64,000 nt of DNA, taken from NCBI GenBank assembly GCA_029935705.1, contig JAOZJU010000001.1:162-64161 (forward strand), written 5' to 3'. Position numbers and translations under genes: made by a program. The notes under the pieces were generated by a model. It did not search any database and was not told where the DNA came from. It saw only the letters and a program-made list of their open reading frames with translations. Of the stretch, positions 28,625-38,187 are shown in pieces. The number at the start of each line of letters is the position of its first letter. The stretch's first letter is position 1. This DNA comes from Arcobacteraceae bacterium (GTDB lineage: Bacteria; Campylobacterota; Campylobacteria; Campylobacterales; Arcobacteraceae).

Positions 28625-30541
28625 ATGTCAAATAATTTATATGAAAAACAAGCAAATAGTTTAAGGTTTCTTTGTGCTGATATGGTGCAAAAAGCCTCTA
28701 GTGGTCACCCAGGTGCTCCTATGGGATTATCTGAAGTTCTTACAGTTCTTAGTGAACATATTCAAATAGACCCTACAGATGTAAAGTGGTTAAACCGCGA
28801 TAGATTGGTATTTAGTGGGGGGCATGCATCTAGCTTGCTTTATAGTATGCTTCATCTATGGGGATATGATATATCTCTTGATGATTTGAAAAACTTTAGA
28901 CAATTAGGCTCAAAAACACCAGGTCACCCTGAGTATGGCTTGACAACAGCAGTTGAGATAACTACAGGACCACTTGGTCAAGGTGTGGCAAATGCTGTTG
29001 GGTTTGCTATGGCTTCAAAATATGCAAAAAAATCTCTAAATACCAAAACTATAGATGTGATAAATCATCAAATATATTGTTTGTGTGGAGATGGCGACCT
29101 ACAAGAGGGTATAAGTTATGAAGCTTTATCTACTGCTGGCAAACACCGTCTTTCAAACTTGACAATAATATATGATAGCAACGATATAACTATAGAGGGG
29201 GATGTCAAATTAGCATGGGATGAAGATATTAAAAAAAGATTTGAAGCTATTGGTTTTGATGTTTTGATTATAGATGGACATAATTTTGCAAAAATAGATG
29301 ATAGTCTAAATAGAGCAAAAAATAGTGACAATCCTACAATCATAGTCGCTAAAACAAAGATAGGTAAAGGTGCTATCACGATGGAGGGAAGCTCTAAAAC
29401 TCATGGAAGTCCATTGGGCGAGAAAGAGATAAGAGATTCAAAAGAAAAAGCAGGCTTTAATCCAGATAAAACTTTTTTTATAAGCAGTGATGTAAGAAAA
29501 GCTTTTGACAAAACAAACTGTTTGTTATCAAAAAAGTGGAACGAAAGTTTAACTGATGATATCAAAAAAGTTATTGATAGCTACACAAATGAAGATTTGA
29601 ACAATATTGTTTATCCTGATTTTAGCAACACAAAAGAGATAGCCACAAGAGATAGCAATCATCAAATACTTAACTCTATAGCAAAAAGTTTGCCATCTTT
29701 TATAGGTGGAAGTGCAGATTTGGCACCTTCGAACAAAACAGATCTTACTAATATGGGTGATTTTCCAAATGGTAGAAATATCCACTTTGGTATCAAAGAA
29801 CACTCTATGGGTGCTATAACAAATGCTATGAATATCTATGGATTGTTTAGAGTATTTAGTGCTACATTTTTTGTCTTTAGTGACTATATGAAACCAGCTT
29901 GTCGTATATCTGCTTTGTCAAATATACCACAACATTTTATATGGACACACGATAGTATTGGAGTCGGTGAAGATGGAGCAACACATCAACCCATAGAGCA
30001 ACTCAGTCAGTTCAGAGCGATGCCAAACTTCTATACATTTCGTCCAGCAGATGCCACTGAAAATATATTGTGTTGGAAAAAAGCCTTGAGTATGAAAGCA
30101 CCTACTGCTTTTGTATTGAGCAGACAAAAACTAAAAACTCTCAAATCAAAAAAAGAGTTTGGTGAAATTGCTTTTGGAGCTTATCTTTTGACCAAAAGAG
30201 AAAATGCCACAGTAACACTCATGGCAAGTGGCAGTGAGGTTATGCTCTGCTTAAAGACAGCTTGTCATCTTGAAGAGATAGGCATAAGGTGCAACATAGT
30301 ATCAGTGCCTTGTTTTGATCTGTTAAATGAACAAAGCCAAACCTATATAGATAAAATTATAGACAAAAACACAACAGTCATAGCAGTAGAGATGGCAACT
30401 GCTATAGAGTATTATAAATATGCTTCATATGTTATAAATATTGACAGCTTTGGAAGCAGTGGCAAAGATGTTGACCTATTTGACAAATATGGTTTTACAA
30501 TAGATAAACTAAAATCAAAAATAAAGAGTATAGTAAGATGA
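28625..30541 (+). CDS. tkt: Transketolase
   Basis: SGHPGAPMG, DRLVFSGGHAS, GDGDLQEGISYEA and GEDGATHQP motifs. Confidence 0.95.
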   Translation: MSNNLYEKQANSLRFLCADMVQKASSGHPGAPMGLSEVLTVLSEHIQIDPTDVKWLNRDRLVFSGGHASSLLYSMLHLWGYDISLDDLKNFRQLGSKTPGHPEYGLTTAVEITTGPLGQGVANAVGFAMASKYAKKSLNTKTIDVINHQIYCLCGDGDLQEGISYEALSTAGKHRLSNLTIIYDSNDITIEGDVKLAWDEDIKKRFEAIGFDVLIIDGHNFAKIDDSLNRAKNSDNPTIIVAKTKIGKGAITMEGSSKTHGSPLGEKEIRDSKEKAGFNPDKTFFISSDVRKAFDKTNCLLSKKWNESLTDDIKKVIDSYTNEDLNNIVYPDFSNTKEIATRDSNHQILNSIAKSLPSFIGGSADLAPSNKTDLTNMGDFPNGRNIHFGIKEHSMGAITNAMNIYGLFRVFSATFFVFSDYMKPACRISALSNIPQHFIWTHDSIGVGEDGATHQPIEQLSQFRAMPNFYTFRPADATENILCWKKALSMKAPTAFVLSRQKLKTLKSKKEFGEIAFGAYLLTKRENATVTLMASGSEVMLCLKTACHLEEIGIRCNIVSVPCFDLLNEQSQTYIDKIIDKNTTVIAVEMATAIEYYKYASYVINIDSFGSSGKDVDLFDKYGFTIDKLKSKIKSIVR

Positions 30542-31866
30542 TAGATAGATATGCAAGAGAGATTATGAGTAGCAAATGGACTATTCAAGCAAAATATCAA
30601 GCATGGCTTGATGTAGAGATAGCAGTGGTAAAAGCATGGAACAAACTTGGTCTTATCGATGATGAAGATTGTCAAAAAATTATCAAAAATGGATCATTTG
30701 ATATAGATGAGATAGACAAAATAGAAAAAGAGACCAAACACGACTTGATAGCATTTACAACTTCAGTAGCAAACTCTTTAGGAAAAGAGAGCAGATGGTT
30801 TCACTACGGTATGACAAGTAGCGACACAATAGATACAGCAGTTGCTTTACAACTAAAATCATCTATGGAGTTGATAATAAAAGATGTCAAAGAGATGATG
30901 AGTGCCATAAAAGATAGAGCTATAGAACATAAGATGACTTTGATGGTAGGAAGAAGTCATGGTATCCATGGAGAGCCTATCACTTTTGGTTTGGTTCTTG
31001 CTGTTTGGCATGATGAACTAAAAAGACACTTATCAAATCTTAATCTCTCTTTAGAGACTATATCTGTAGGTCAAATCTCTGGAGCTATGGGAAACTTCGC
31101 TCACTCACCACTTGAGTTAGAAGAGTTAGCTTGTCAAGAGTTAGGCTTGTCTGTAGCACCTGTATCAAATCAAATAATCCAACGAGACAGATATGCTCAA
31201 GTAGCTACAAGCTTGGCTTTGCTAGCTTCATCGATTGAAAAGTTTGCAGTTCAAGTAAGACACTGGCAAAGAACAGAACTATATGAGTGTGAGGAGTTTT
31301 TTGCTAAAGGACAAAAAGGTAGCTCCGCTATGCCTCACAAAAGAAATCCTATCTTAACAGAAAATGTCACAGGACTAGCAAGGATAATAAGAGCATATGC
31401 CACACCAGCTATGGAAAATGTAGCTTTGTGGCATGAAAGAGATATATCACATAGCTCTACTGAGAGATTTTGGATGCCGGATAGTTTTATAACTTGTGAT
31501 TTTATGCTTCATCGTATGACTGGTGTGATCAAAAATTTAACAGTAATGCCAAAAAATATGATGAAAAATCTAAACTTAACAGGTGGGCTTGTATTTTCAC
31601 AAAGAGTTTTATTGGAGCTTCCAAAAGCCGGAGTAAGTCGCGAAGATGCATACAAAATTGTCCAAAGAAATGCTATGAAAGTTTGGGAAGAGATAGGTCA
31701 AAACAAGGCAACTGTTGACAAAAACGGCAACTCACTTTATCTACAACACCTTTTAAACGATAAACAATTGGTTGATTTGATTGGTGAAGAAAAGATAAAA
31801 TCTTGTTTTGATTATGGTTATTATACAAAAAATATTGATCTTATATTTAAAAGGGTATTCTCTTGA
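30538..31866 (+). CDS. purB: Adenylosuccinate lyase
   Basis: MTSSD, GRSHGIHGEP and the signature GSSAMPHKRNP. Confidence 0.95.
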   Translation: MIDRYAREIMSSKWTIQAKYQAWLDVEIAVVKAWNKLGLIDDEDCQKIIKNGSFDIDEIDKIEKETKHDLIAFTTSVANSLGKESRWFHYGMTSSDTIDTAVALQLKSSMELIIKDVKEMMSAIKDRAIEHKMTLMVGRSHGIHGEPITFGLVLAVWHDELKRHLSNLNLSLETISVGQISGAMGNFAHSPLELEELACQELGLSVAPVSNQIIQRDRYAQVATSLALLASSIEKFAVQVRHWQRTELYECEEFFAKGQKGSSAMPHKRNPILTENVTGLARIIRAYATPAMENVALWHERDISHSSTERFWMPDSFITCDFMLHRMTGVIKNLTVMPKNMMKNLNLTGGLVFSQRVLLELPKAGVSREDAYKIVQRNAMKVWEEIGQNKATVDKNGNSLYLQHLLNDKQLVDLIGEEKIKSCFDYGYYTKNIDLIFKRVFS

Positions 31867-32318
31867 TATATTTTTTAATTTTTATTTTTATTGAAGTGAT
31901 GATATCGTCGCAATTTATTGCTATGCTTGGTGGCTTGATGACATTTATGGAGTTTGTGGTTTCATTTGTTGTGGGTGTTTATATACTACAAAACTTTAAA
32001 TATTCAGCAGTAGATAAAATCAAACAAATCAAAGAGGGCAAACTATCACAAGATGAATTTATAAAAGGAAGTATTGGTAGTGGTATAGGTGCATTGTTGT
32101 TGATAATGCCCGGCTTTTTTACTGATATCATAGGAGTAGTTTTGCAATTTTCTATATCTACATATATATTTAAGCCATTTTTTAGTTTTAAAGAAAATAG
32201 AACTCATAGGTCATACCAAAGTAATTTTAGGTATAATGAAACAAATTTAAACAAAAGGAAAAACGATGAGATTATTGATGTTGAAGTTATTGATGATACT
32301 AAGCATATTGTCAGTTAG
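31863..32318 (+). CDS. fxsA: FxsA family membrane protein
   Basis: Three TM helices and the MPGFFTDIIG motif. TTG start overlapping the purB stop. Confidence 0.75.
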   Translation: MIYFLIFIFIEVMISSQFIAMLGGLMTFMEFVVSFVVGVYILQNFKYSAVDKIKQIKEGKLSQDEFIKGSIGSGIGALLLIMPGFFTDIIGVVLQFSISTYIFKPFFSFKENRTHRSYQSNFRYNETNLNKRKNDEIIDVEVIDDTKHIVS

Positions 32319-33138
32319 TGGATGTTTTGGAGAGAAAAATCAAACTACTACAACTAAAGGAGATATAACCAAAGAGGATATTGTAGCATTTGAAAAAAAG
32401 AGAATATCACTTGGGACTAGTTTAGATGTTAGAAATATATCTTTGTTTTTAGAACAAAAGTTGCAAATAGATGGTTGGACTGCTTATGTGCTAAGCTTAG
32501 AGCTAAAACAAGATGAAAATGAATTTGAAACAAAAGATATACTATTTAGCGATGGCAAAGTGATAGCAACTGAGCTTTTTGACCACAAAACAAGCAGATC
32601 GTTCAAAGATAGTATAGAAGTTACAGTTCCAAAAGAGTTATATAAAGATGACCATCTTATAGCTGGAAACAAAGATGCTAAACACAAAGTTGTGCTTTTT
32701 TCAGATCCTTTGTGTCCTTTTTGTATAGAGTATGTGCCAGAGATTATAACATATGCAAAAAACAACCCAAAACTAATTTCGCTTTATTATTATCATTTTC
32801 CACTTACAAATATACATCCAGCTTCGATCACTTTGGCACAAGCTATGATAAAACTTAAAGAAGAGAACAAAATAAAAGATCTAGAGACAAAAACCTATCA
32901 AGCAAAATTTGAAAACAGTTTTGACCCACGAGAAACAGACCCACAAAAAATAATTGAAGCATTTAACAAAGCAGTTGGTTCAAACTTGACTACAAAAGAT
33001 ATAGATACAAAAGAGATTCAAGATGAAATCAAAAAAGATATGCAAATAGCAAGCGATGCTTTAGTCTCAGGGACACCAACTATATTTATAGATGGAAAAC
33101 TTGACAAAACAAGAGATCTATACAAAAAGCTTAAATAG
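32266..33138 (+). CDS. Thioredoxin-fold thiol:disulfide oxidoreductase lipoprotein (DsbA/DsbC-like)
   Basis: Lipobox LSVSGC, CPFC active site (SDPLCPFCIEY) and cis-Pro region SGTPTIFIDG. Confidence 0.65.
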   Translation: MRLLMLKLLMILSILSVSGCFGEKNQTTTTKGDITKEDIVAFEKKRISLGTSLDVRNISLFLEQKLQIDGWTAYVLSLELKQDENEFETKDILFSDGKVIATELFDHKTSRSFKDSIEVTVPKELYKDDHLIAGNKDAKHKVVLFSDPLCPFCIEYVPEIITYAKNNPKLISLYYYHFPLTNIHPASITLAQAMIKLKEENKIKDLETKTYQAKFENSFDPRETDPQKIIEAFNKAVGSNLTTKDIDTKEIQDEIKKDMQIASDALVSGTPTIFIDGKLDKTRDLYKKLK

Positions 33139-33139
33139 T

Positions 33140-34099
33140 TTGAAAAGATTAACAATAGCCACCAGAGCTAGTGATTTGGCATTGTGGCAAGCTAACTATA
33201 TCAAAGACAAATTGAAAATAATCTATCCAGATATGGATATCACACTAAATAAAATAGTAAGCCAAGGTGATAAAATATTGGATAAACCCCTATCTCAAAT
33301 AGGTGGCAAGGGACATTTTACTAAAGAGCTTGAAGATGCTATGCTTGAAGGCGAAGCAGATATGGCAGTCCATAGCTTAAAAGATGTTCCTACATATATG
33401 CCAGATGGTTTGGAACTAGCAGCCATAACCAAAAGAGAGGATCAAAGTGATATCTTTTTATCACACAAATATGAGAGAATAAACTCTTTGCCAAAAAAGG
33501 CTATAGTAGGAACTACGAGTTTAAGAAGAAGGATGCAACTACTTAAAATTCGTCCAGATTTGACTATCAAAGAACTAAGAGGCAATGTAAACACAAGATT
33601 AAAGAAGCTATCATCAGGTCAATACGATGCTATCATTTTAGCTTATATAGGATTGGAGAGGTTAAACCTCATCAAAAATATCCCACATATCCAAAAGCTT
33701 CCACTTGATATGATGATACCACCTATGGGGCAGGCATCTTTAGGCATACAAATAGTCTCAAACAACGACAAACTAAGAGAGATAGCCAAAAAACTAAACG
33801 ATAAAGACTCATATCTTTGTGCCTCTATGGAGAGGGATTTTATAGCAAAAATAGAAGCTGGATGTTCATCTCCAGTAGCTTGTCATGCTTTCATAGATGA
33901 TGATATCATAAATATGGAGGTGTTAATTGGATTGCCAGATGGCACCCAAACTATATATCACAAAGCAACTTCACTAGTATCAAGCTGTGAAAATATGGGC
34001 AGACATCTTGCAGTTGATTGTATAGCAAGTGGTGCAAAGGAACTATTGTCTAAAGCTGAAGTTGTATCAAACAAACTTTATGAAGCAAGTAGATTGTGA
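33140..34099 (+). CDS. hemC: Hydroxymethylbilane synthase (porphobilinogen deaminase)
   Basis: LTIATRASDLALWQA, GGKGHFTKELE, HSLKDVP and GTTSLRR. TTG 33140, right after the upstream stop, is preferred. ATG 33092 would overlap the previous gene by 47 nt. Confidence 0.9.
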   Translation: MKRLTIATRASDLALWQANYIKDKLKIIYPDMDITLNKIVSQGDKILDKPLSQIGGKGHFTKELEDAMLEGEADMAVHSLKDVPTYMPDGLELAAITKREDQSDIFLSHKYERINSLPKKAIVGTTSLRRRMQLLKIRPDLTIKELRGNVNTRLKKLSSGQYDAIILAYIGLERLNLIKNIPHIQKLPLDMMIPPMGQASLGIQIVSNNDKLREIAKKLNDKDSYLCASMERDFIAKIEAGCSSPVACHAFIDDDIINMEVLIGLPDGTQTIYHKATSLVSSCENMGRHLAVDCIASGAKELLSKAEVVSNKLYEASRL

Positions 34100-34100
34100 T

Positions 34101-34289
34101 ATGATGGATATATTACTTACTCTTGTATTTTCAGCTCCTTTGCTTGTCATCATGATATATCCTGCTATGAAAATAGCTGATTTTATCTCTGATAGATACA
34201 ATATAAATCAAACTTTAGATGACAAACTAACTATTATCATAACCATAATTTTGTCTCTAATAGGCGGAGTTATGCTAAATTTCCTTTAA
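34101..34289 (+). CDS. Possible small two-TM membrane protein (62 aa)
   Basis: ATG immediately after the hemC stop, with two hydrophobic segments. No homology recognised. Confidence 0.3.
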   Translation: MMDILLTLVFSAPLLVIMIYPAMKIADFISDRYNINQTLDDKLTIIITIILSLIGGVMLNFL

Positions 34290-34486
34290 TATATTAGACA
34301 TAGCTCATAATTGAACACTCTAATTAATTAACAAAATTTATAGAAGAAGTTGATTTGGATGAAAAAAGTTCAAAAAAAGCTTGTGGGATTAACTATAGAT
34401 AATTCAAAAAAATAGAGCTTTTTTCGCTTAAACTTCACTTCCCTACGGGCTTTGCTACAGTTATGAACTTGTTCTTTAATCAGAGT

Positions 34487-36772
34487 TCAATTTTTATTTT
34501 TATAACCAAAAATCAATGCAGGAAGCAAAATAATATCACTTAAAAATGCCAAAATAATTGCCGCAAGAGTATAAAATCCAAACTTTTGAGTAACAACCAT
34601 AGATGAAAAATAGAAACTAAAAAAACAAATACCCAGTATAATTGTAGTTAAAAGCAAAGGGCGATACAATACTCTTACGGAGTTTAATATTGCTAATTTT
34701 TTGTTTTTTGTTTTTTGTTTTTTGAAGTGGTGCATCATATGAATAGTATCGTCGACACAAAACCCTATAGCAATACCAGCTATAATAACAGTCGCAAAAT
34801 CAAACGAATCGCCCATAAATACCAAAAATCCAAGCACTACCACAATAGGAGTAAAGTTTACAGCAAATGCAATGATACTGTATCTAAATCCAAAAAGAAA
34901 GAAAAATACCATAAATATAAACAAAGCACACAAAAGGAGACTTTGTATTTGTGTTTGTATCACATAGTCACTTAACTTAAATACAAAATATTCATTGCCT
35001 GTCAAAATATAGTTTTGCAAATTTGCAGTTTTTACAACCTGTTTTATATCATTTATCAGTTTTCTATATTGTGATGAACTTAAATTTGGAGTTTTTATAT
35101 TTATCCTAACTTGAGAATAATCAAAATTAACATAATTTGATATTATCTCTTTTTTTTCAGCTGATTTCGAAAAACTTATAAACAATATCTCTTGACTTAA
35201 TTGCTCTTCACTTGTAGGATACTTGCCACCTATCACCTCTTTGTTTATCATAGATATATAATCTGCATAAGTTTTAGTGGTGATTATATTGTCAATCTTT
35301 TCTATCTCTCTTTGGAGTTTGATTATAGTATTAAACTCATCAAGTTTTTCAAAATCTGATTTGTCTTTTTTGATAATAATATCAAAATTTCCAGTGCCAT
35401 TGAAATTCACATCAAAAAACTTAAAGTTTTTAACCAAACTTTCATTTTTATTGAAAAAAACTTTCAAAAAATTAGTCTCTGTTGTCCACTTGGTAAGATA
35501 AAAGCCAGATGTTAATATCAAAATAAAACTAAAAGCAACTATATATCTATATCTATTTTGAATTAGTTTGTATAAAAAATATATTATTTTATATGGCTCT
35601 CTTGTATTGTTTTGCTTAAAATTTTGTCCAAATATAAAAAGATTGAGATATACAACAAGCACAGAAAATACAAATATACTTACAATAGCAACAAATGCTT
35701 CACTTGAAAAATTTTGCAAAGGAGTAATCTCGCTAAAATAAAATGAACCAAAACCAACCATAGTGGTCATGCTTGTGAAAAATACTGGAGAAATAGTCTG
35801 CTTAAAGGTCTCTTTTAGTCTAAATTTATGGTATCTTAACCTATCGTATCTATTTAGTATATGAATAGTATCCGCTACTGCTATAGTAATAGCAATAACT
35901 GGGATAATGATATTTATACTATTTAAATCTATATGTAATAATTTTATACTGTTTATACTCAAAAGCACAGCAGATATAGCACTACTACTTAATATCATAA
36001 CTCTATAAAAGTCTCTATAAACAACAACAATAAGTAACATAAATACTGTAAATGATATGATAAGTGAGTTTGCTATACTATACAAAGTTTTGTTGTCTAT
36101 CTCATAAAATAGTGCAGTTGAACCAGCAAAACTAAAGTTTTTAAAATATCTTGAATTTTTCAATATATCTTCAAGTTTTGTCATAAGTTCTGTTCTATGA
36201 TGATGCTTTTTGTATTGTCTATCTATACCTACAACTATCGCAAACTCATTTTGACCTTTTGATACTAACTCTAAATTATATATCGAATTTAAAAATCTAC
36301 TTTTAAACTCATCTATACCTATAACTCCATCATCTAATGCATCGCCATATTTTGCTATATTTAACTCATCGTTTTTATTGATTATAGTATCACTATTTAA
36401 TGGTGTATTGATATTTTCTTCTATGAGAGCTATATTTTCAAGCTTATTAGTAATATCTTTCAGTTCATTGATATATTTTTGTTGAAAAAAACTATCTTGA
36501 AGTTTGATTATAATTATGGTAGACTCTTTAACTCCAAACTTATCTTCAAGATATAGTTTGTCCACTTTAACTGGATGTGAATCATCTAACCATTGACTGT
36601 TGTCCATAGTAATACTTTTTGCTCCAAAAAGTAAAAAACCAAACAACATAAGCTGTAACAAGATGATGACAAATTTTAGTGCATAATATTTGATAATTTT
36701 CCTTTTAAAATTTATAAAGCCCAAACAATCTAAACAAACCTTGTGTTGTAGATGATTCATAATACTCATCAC
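34487..36772 (-). CDS. RND-superfamily exporter, HAE3/MMPL (HpnN-like) type
   Basis: About 12 TM segments in two 6-TM halves, each preceded by a periplasmic loop. The motif is duplicated (VADTIHILNRY and CVDDTIHMMHHF). The start is uncertain (M1, M2 or M5), and the ORF overlaps the upstream barrel gene by up to 68 nt. Confidence 0.8.
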   Translation of the reverse strand: MMSIMNHLQHKVCLDCLGFINFKRKIIKYYALKFVIILLQLMLFGFLLFGAKSITMDNSQWLDDSHPVKVDKLYLEDKFGVKESTIIIIKLQDSFFQQKYINELKDITNKLENIALIEENINTPLNSDTIINKNDELNIAKYGDALDDGVIGIDEFKSRFLNSIYNLELVSKGQNEFAIVVGIDRQYKKHHHRTELMTKLEDILKNSRYFKNFSFAGSTALFYEIDNKTLYSIANSLIISFTVFMLLIVVVYRDFYRVMILSSSAISAVLLSINSIKLLHIDLNSINIIIPVIAITIAVADTIHILNRYDRLRYHKFRLKETFKQTISPVFFTSMTTMVGFGSFYFSEITPLQNFSSEAFVAIVSIFVFSVLVVYLNLFIFGQNFKQNNTREPYKIIYFLYKLIQNRYRYIVAFSFILILTSGFYLTKWTTETNFLKVFFNKNESLVKNFKFFDVNFNGTGNFDIIIKKDKSDFEKLDEFNTIIKLQREIEKIDNIITTKTYADYISMINKEVIGGKYPTSEEQLSQEILFISFSKSAEKKEIISNYVNFDYSQVRINIKTPNLSSSQYRKLINDIKQVVKTANLQNYILTGNEYFVFKLSDYVIQTQIQSLLLCALFIFMVFFFLFGFRYSIIAFAVNFTPIVVVLGFLVFMGDSFDFATVIIAGIAIGFCVDDTIHMMHHFKKQKTKNKKLAILNSVRVLYRPLLLTTIILGICFFSFYFSSMVVTQKFGFYTLAAIILAFLSDIILLPALIFGYKNKN
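34697..34724 (-). repeat. Perfect heptanucleotide tandem repeat (CAAAAAA)x4 inside the RND exporter CDS
   Basis: The plus strand reads (TTTTTTG)x4 at 34697-34724. It encodes KKQKTKNKK in a cytoplasmic loop upstream of the last ~70 codons. Confidence 0.95.
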
Positions 36773-38183
36773 TCAATTGCATATCAGATGGCAAATCAAG
36801 CATTTCTAAAGAAATACCATAAGTAAAATCATCTTTGATGACATCTTTAAAATAGGTAAATACCTTAAACCCGTCTCCATATATCCCATAACCAAAACCC
36901 AAAGCTGTATGTTTGTCTTTGTCAAAATATCTAGCCGTATGAACAAAAGGTAGATAATACCAACTATTTTGCACTTCACTTTCATTATAATATGAAGCTT
37001 GTATTTCCCAGCTTTGTCTCATACGATTTTCATTTTCCTTTCCTATGATATTTTCATCTACAAACAACAACAAAAAGTTAGTTTGCCATTTTTTAGAACT
37101 ATAATCAAATCCAGCAGACAACCAAGTCTTCCACATAGGCACAAAATTTTTGCCATCGTTTTTTTTCATCACCCAGTCAAGAAAATCCTTTTCTTCTCCT
37201 ACTGCTATATCATAGTCATTTAGCCTTACAGGATCAAACCCTTTTGTAGATTTTGTTTGTGTGGCTTCAAGTTTCCATGTCCATTTGTTGATAGGGACAG
37301 ATAGTTCAATACCTGTGGCTATCACTTTTGAAACCATAGGATAGTCTACTATTGTTAAATCATCATGCAACCTATTTCTTGATGAGGGCTCCAAATATTC
37401 ATACTCTGTAAAGAAATTCTCCCAACCATCATAATAAGTAATCCCAAAAGTAAAGTTATCTGCAAAATATGTAGCTCTCATGGCTATTCTATACTCTTCG
37501 TCTTTATCTGGTTGTTCAATCTTTTTTTGATTTATATCATAATATACTTCTCCAGCATCAAATATCTCTTGAACCATCTCATCTCTTTCAATCTTTGGAA
37601 AATAATATCCAGCTATCTTGAAATTTGAACTTGGAAATATATTTAATATAGCTGAATTTTGAGGCAATCTATTTTGAACTTTTGATATACTTGATATGCC
37701 AGTAGAGTATTCATATGGCAAAAGCATATCAATAGGTGACAATATCTCAAACTGCCCCCATACTATGACCTGTCTACCGATAGAAAACGATACATATCTT
37801 CCCAAATCAAAATCAAGATATGCCTCACGAAAACCACTTGTAGTAAAACTCTTCTCAACTGTTTTGGTATTTGGCAAACCTGGTGTATCTACTCTTAAGG
37901 ATAACTCTTTTTTGATATTTAAGTTTGTATATCTATACTCTAATTTTGCCTTGATAAAATTGTAAAACAGATCTTCATATCTTAAAGTTCCAAAATAAGC
38001 CACTCTATTGCTTGTGTCGTTTGTAGAGTATGATACACCTATCTCACCTGAAAATACTTTTTCAAGATAGTTTGATGTTTGTTTGCTTTTTTTGTCACTA
38101 AATTCAACACTATTTATAGACAAGGACTCTTTTGCAAACAGAACAATGCTACAAAATATAAAGGCAAAAACTATCTTATACAT
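36705..38183 (-). CDS. Outer-membrane beta-barrel protein (DUF1302/alginate-export-like)
   Basis: Signal peptide MYKIVFAFIFCSIVLFA, an alternating aromatic/polar strand pattern throughout, and a C-terminal LFGLYKF with terminal Phe. Confidence 0.65.
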   Translation of the reverse strand: MYKIVFAFIFCSIVLFAKESLSINSVEFSDKKSKQTSNYLEKVFSGEIGVSYSTNDTSNRVAYFGTLRYEDLFYNFIKAKLEYRYTNLNIKKELSLRVDTPGLPNTKTVEKSFTTSGFREAYLDFDLGRYVSFSIGRQVIVWGQFEILSPIDMLLPYEYSTGISSISKVQNRLPQNSAILNIFPSSNFKIAGYYFPKIERDEMVQEIFDAGEVYYDINQKKIEQPDKDEEYRIAMRATYFADNFTFGITYYDGWENFFTEYEYLEPSSRNRLHDDLTIVDYPMVSKVIATGIELSVPINKWTWKLEATQTKSTKGFDPVRLNDYDIAVGEEKDFLDWVMKKNDGKNFVPMWKTWLSAGFDYSSKKWQTNFLLLFVDENIIGKENENRMRQSWEIQASYYNESEVQNSWYYLPFVHTARYFDKDKHTALGFGYGIYGDGFKVFTYFKDVIKDDFTYGISLEMLDLPSDMQLSDEYYESSTTQGLFRLFGLYKF

Positions 38184-38187
38184 ACTA

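Noticed and set aside
28817-28822. G6 homopolymer inside tkt, considered as a Campylobacter-style phase-variable tract.
   Set aside because: It is only 6 nt, encodes the conserved SGGH motif of an essential enzyme, and is far shorter than known variable poly-G tracts.
34290-34486. 197-nt gap after hemC with a CCCTACGGG mini-palindrome, an AAAAAAGCT/AGCTTTTTT inverted repeat and an 18-codon ORF (MKKVQKKLVGLTIDNSKK). I considered it as an ncRNA, an att site or a gene remnant.
   Set aside because: The stems are short and AT-rich. There is no tRNA-like or known ncRNA motif and no matching repeat at the right-hand border of the block (42505-42592). I cannot support any call without comparative data.
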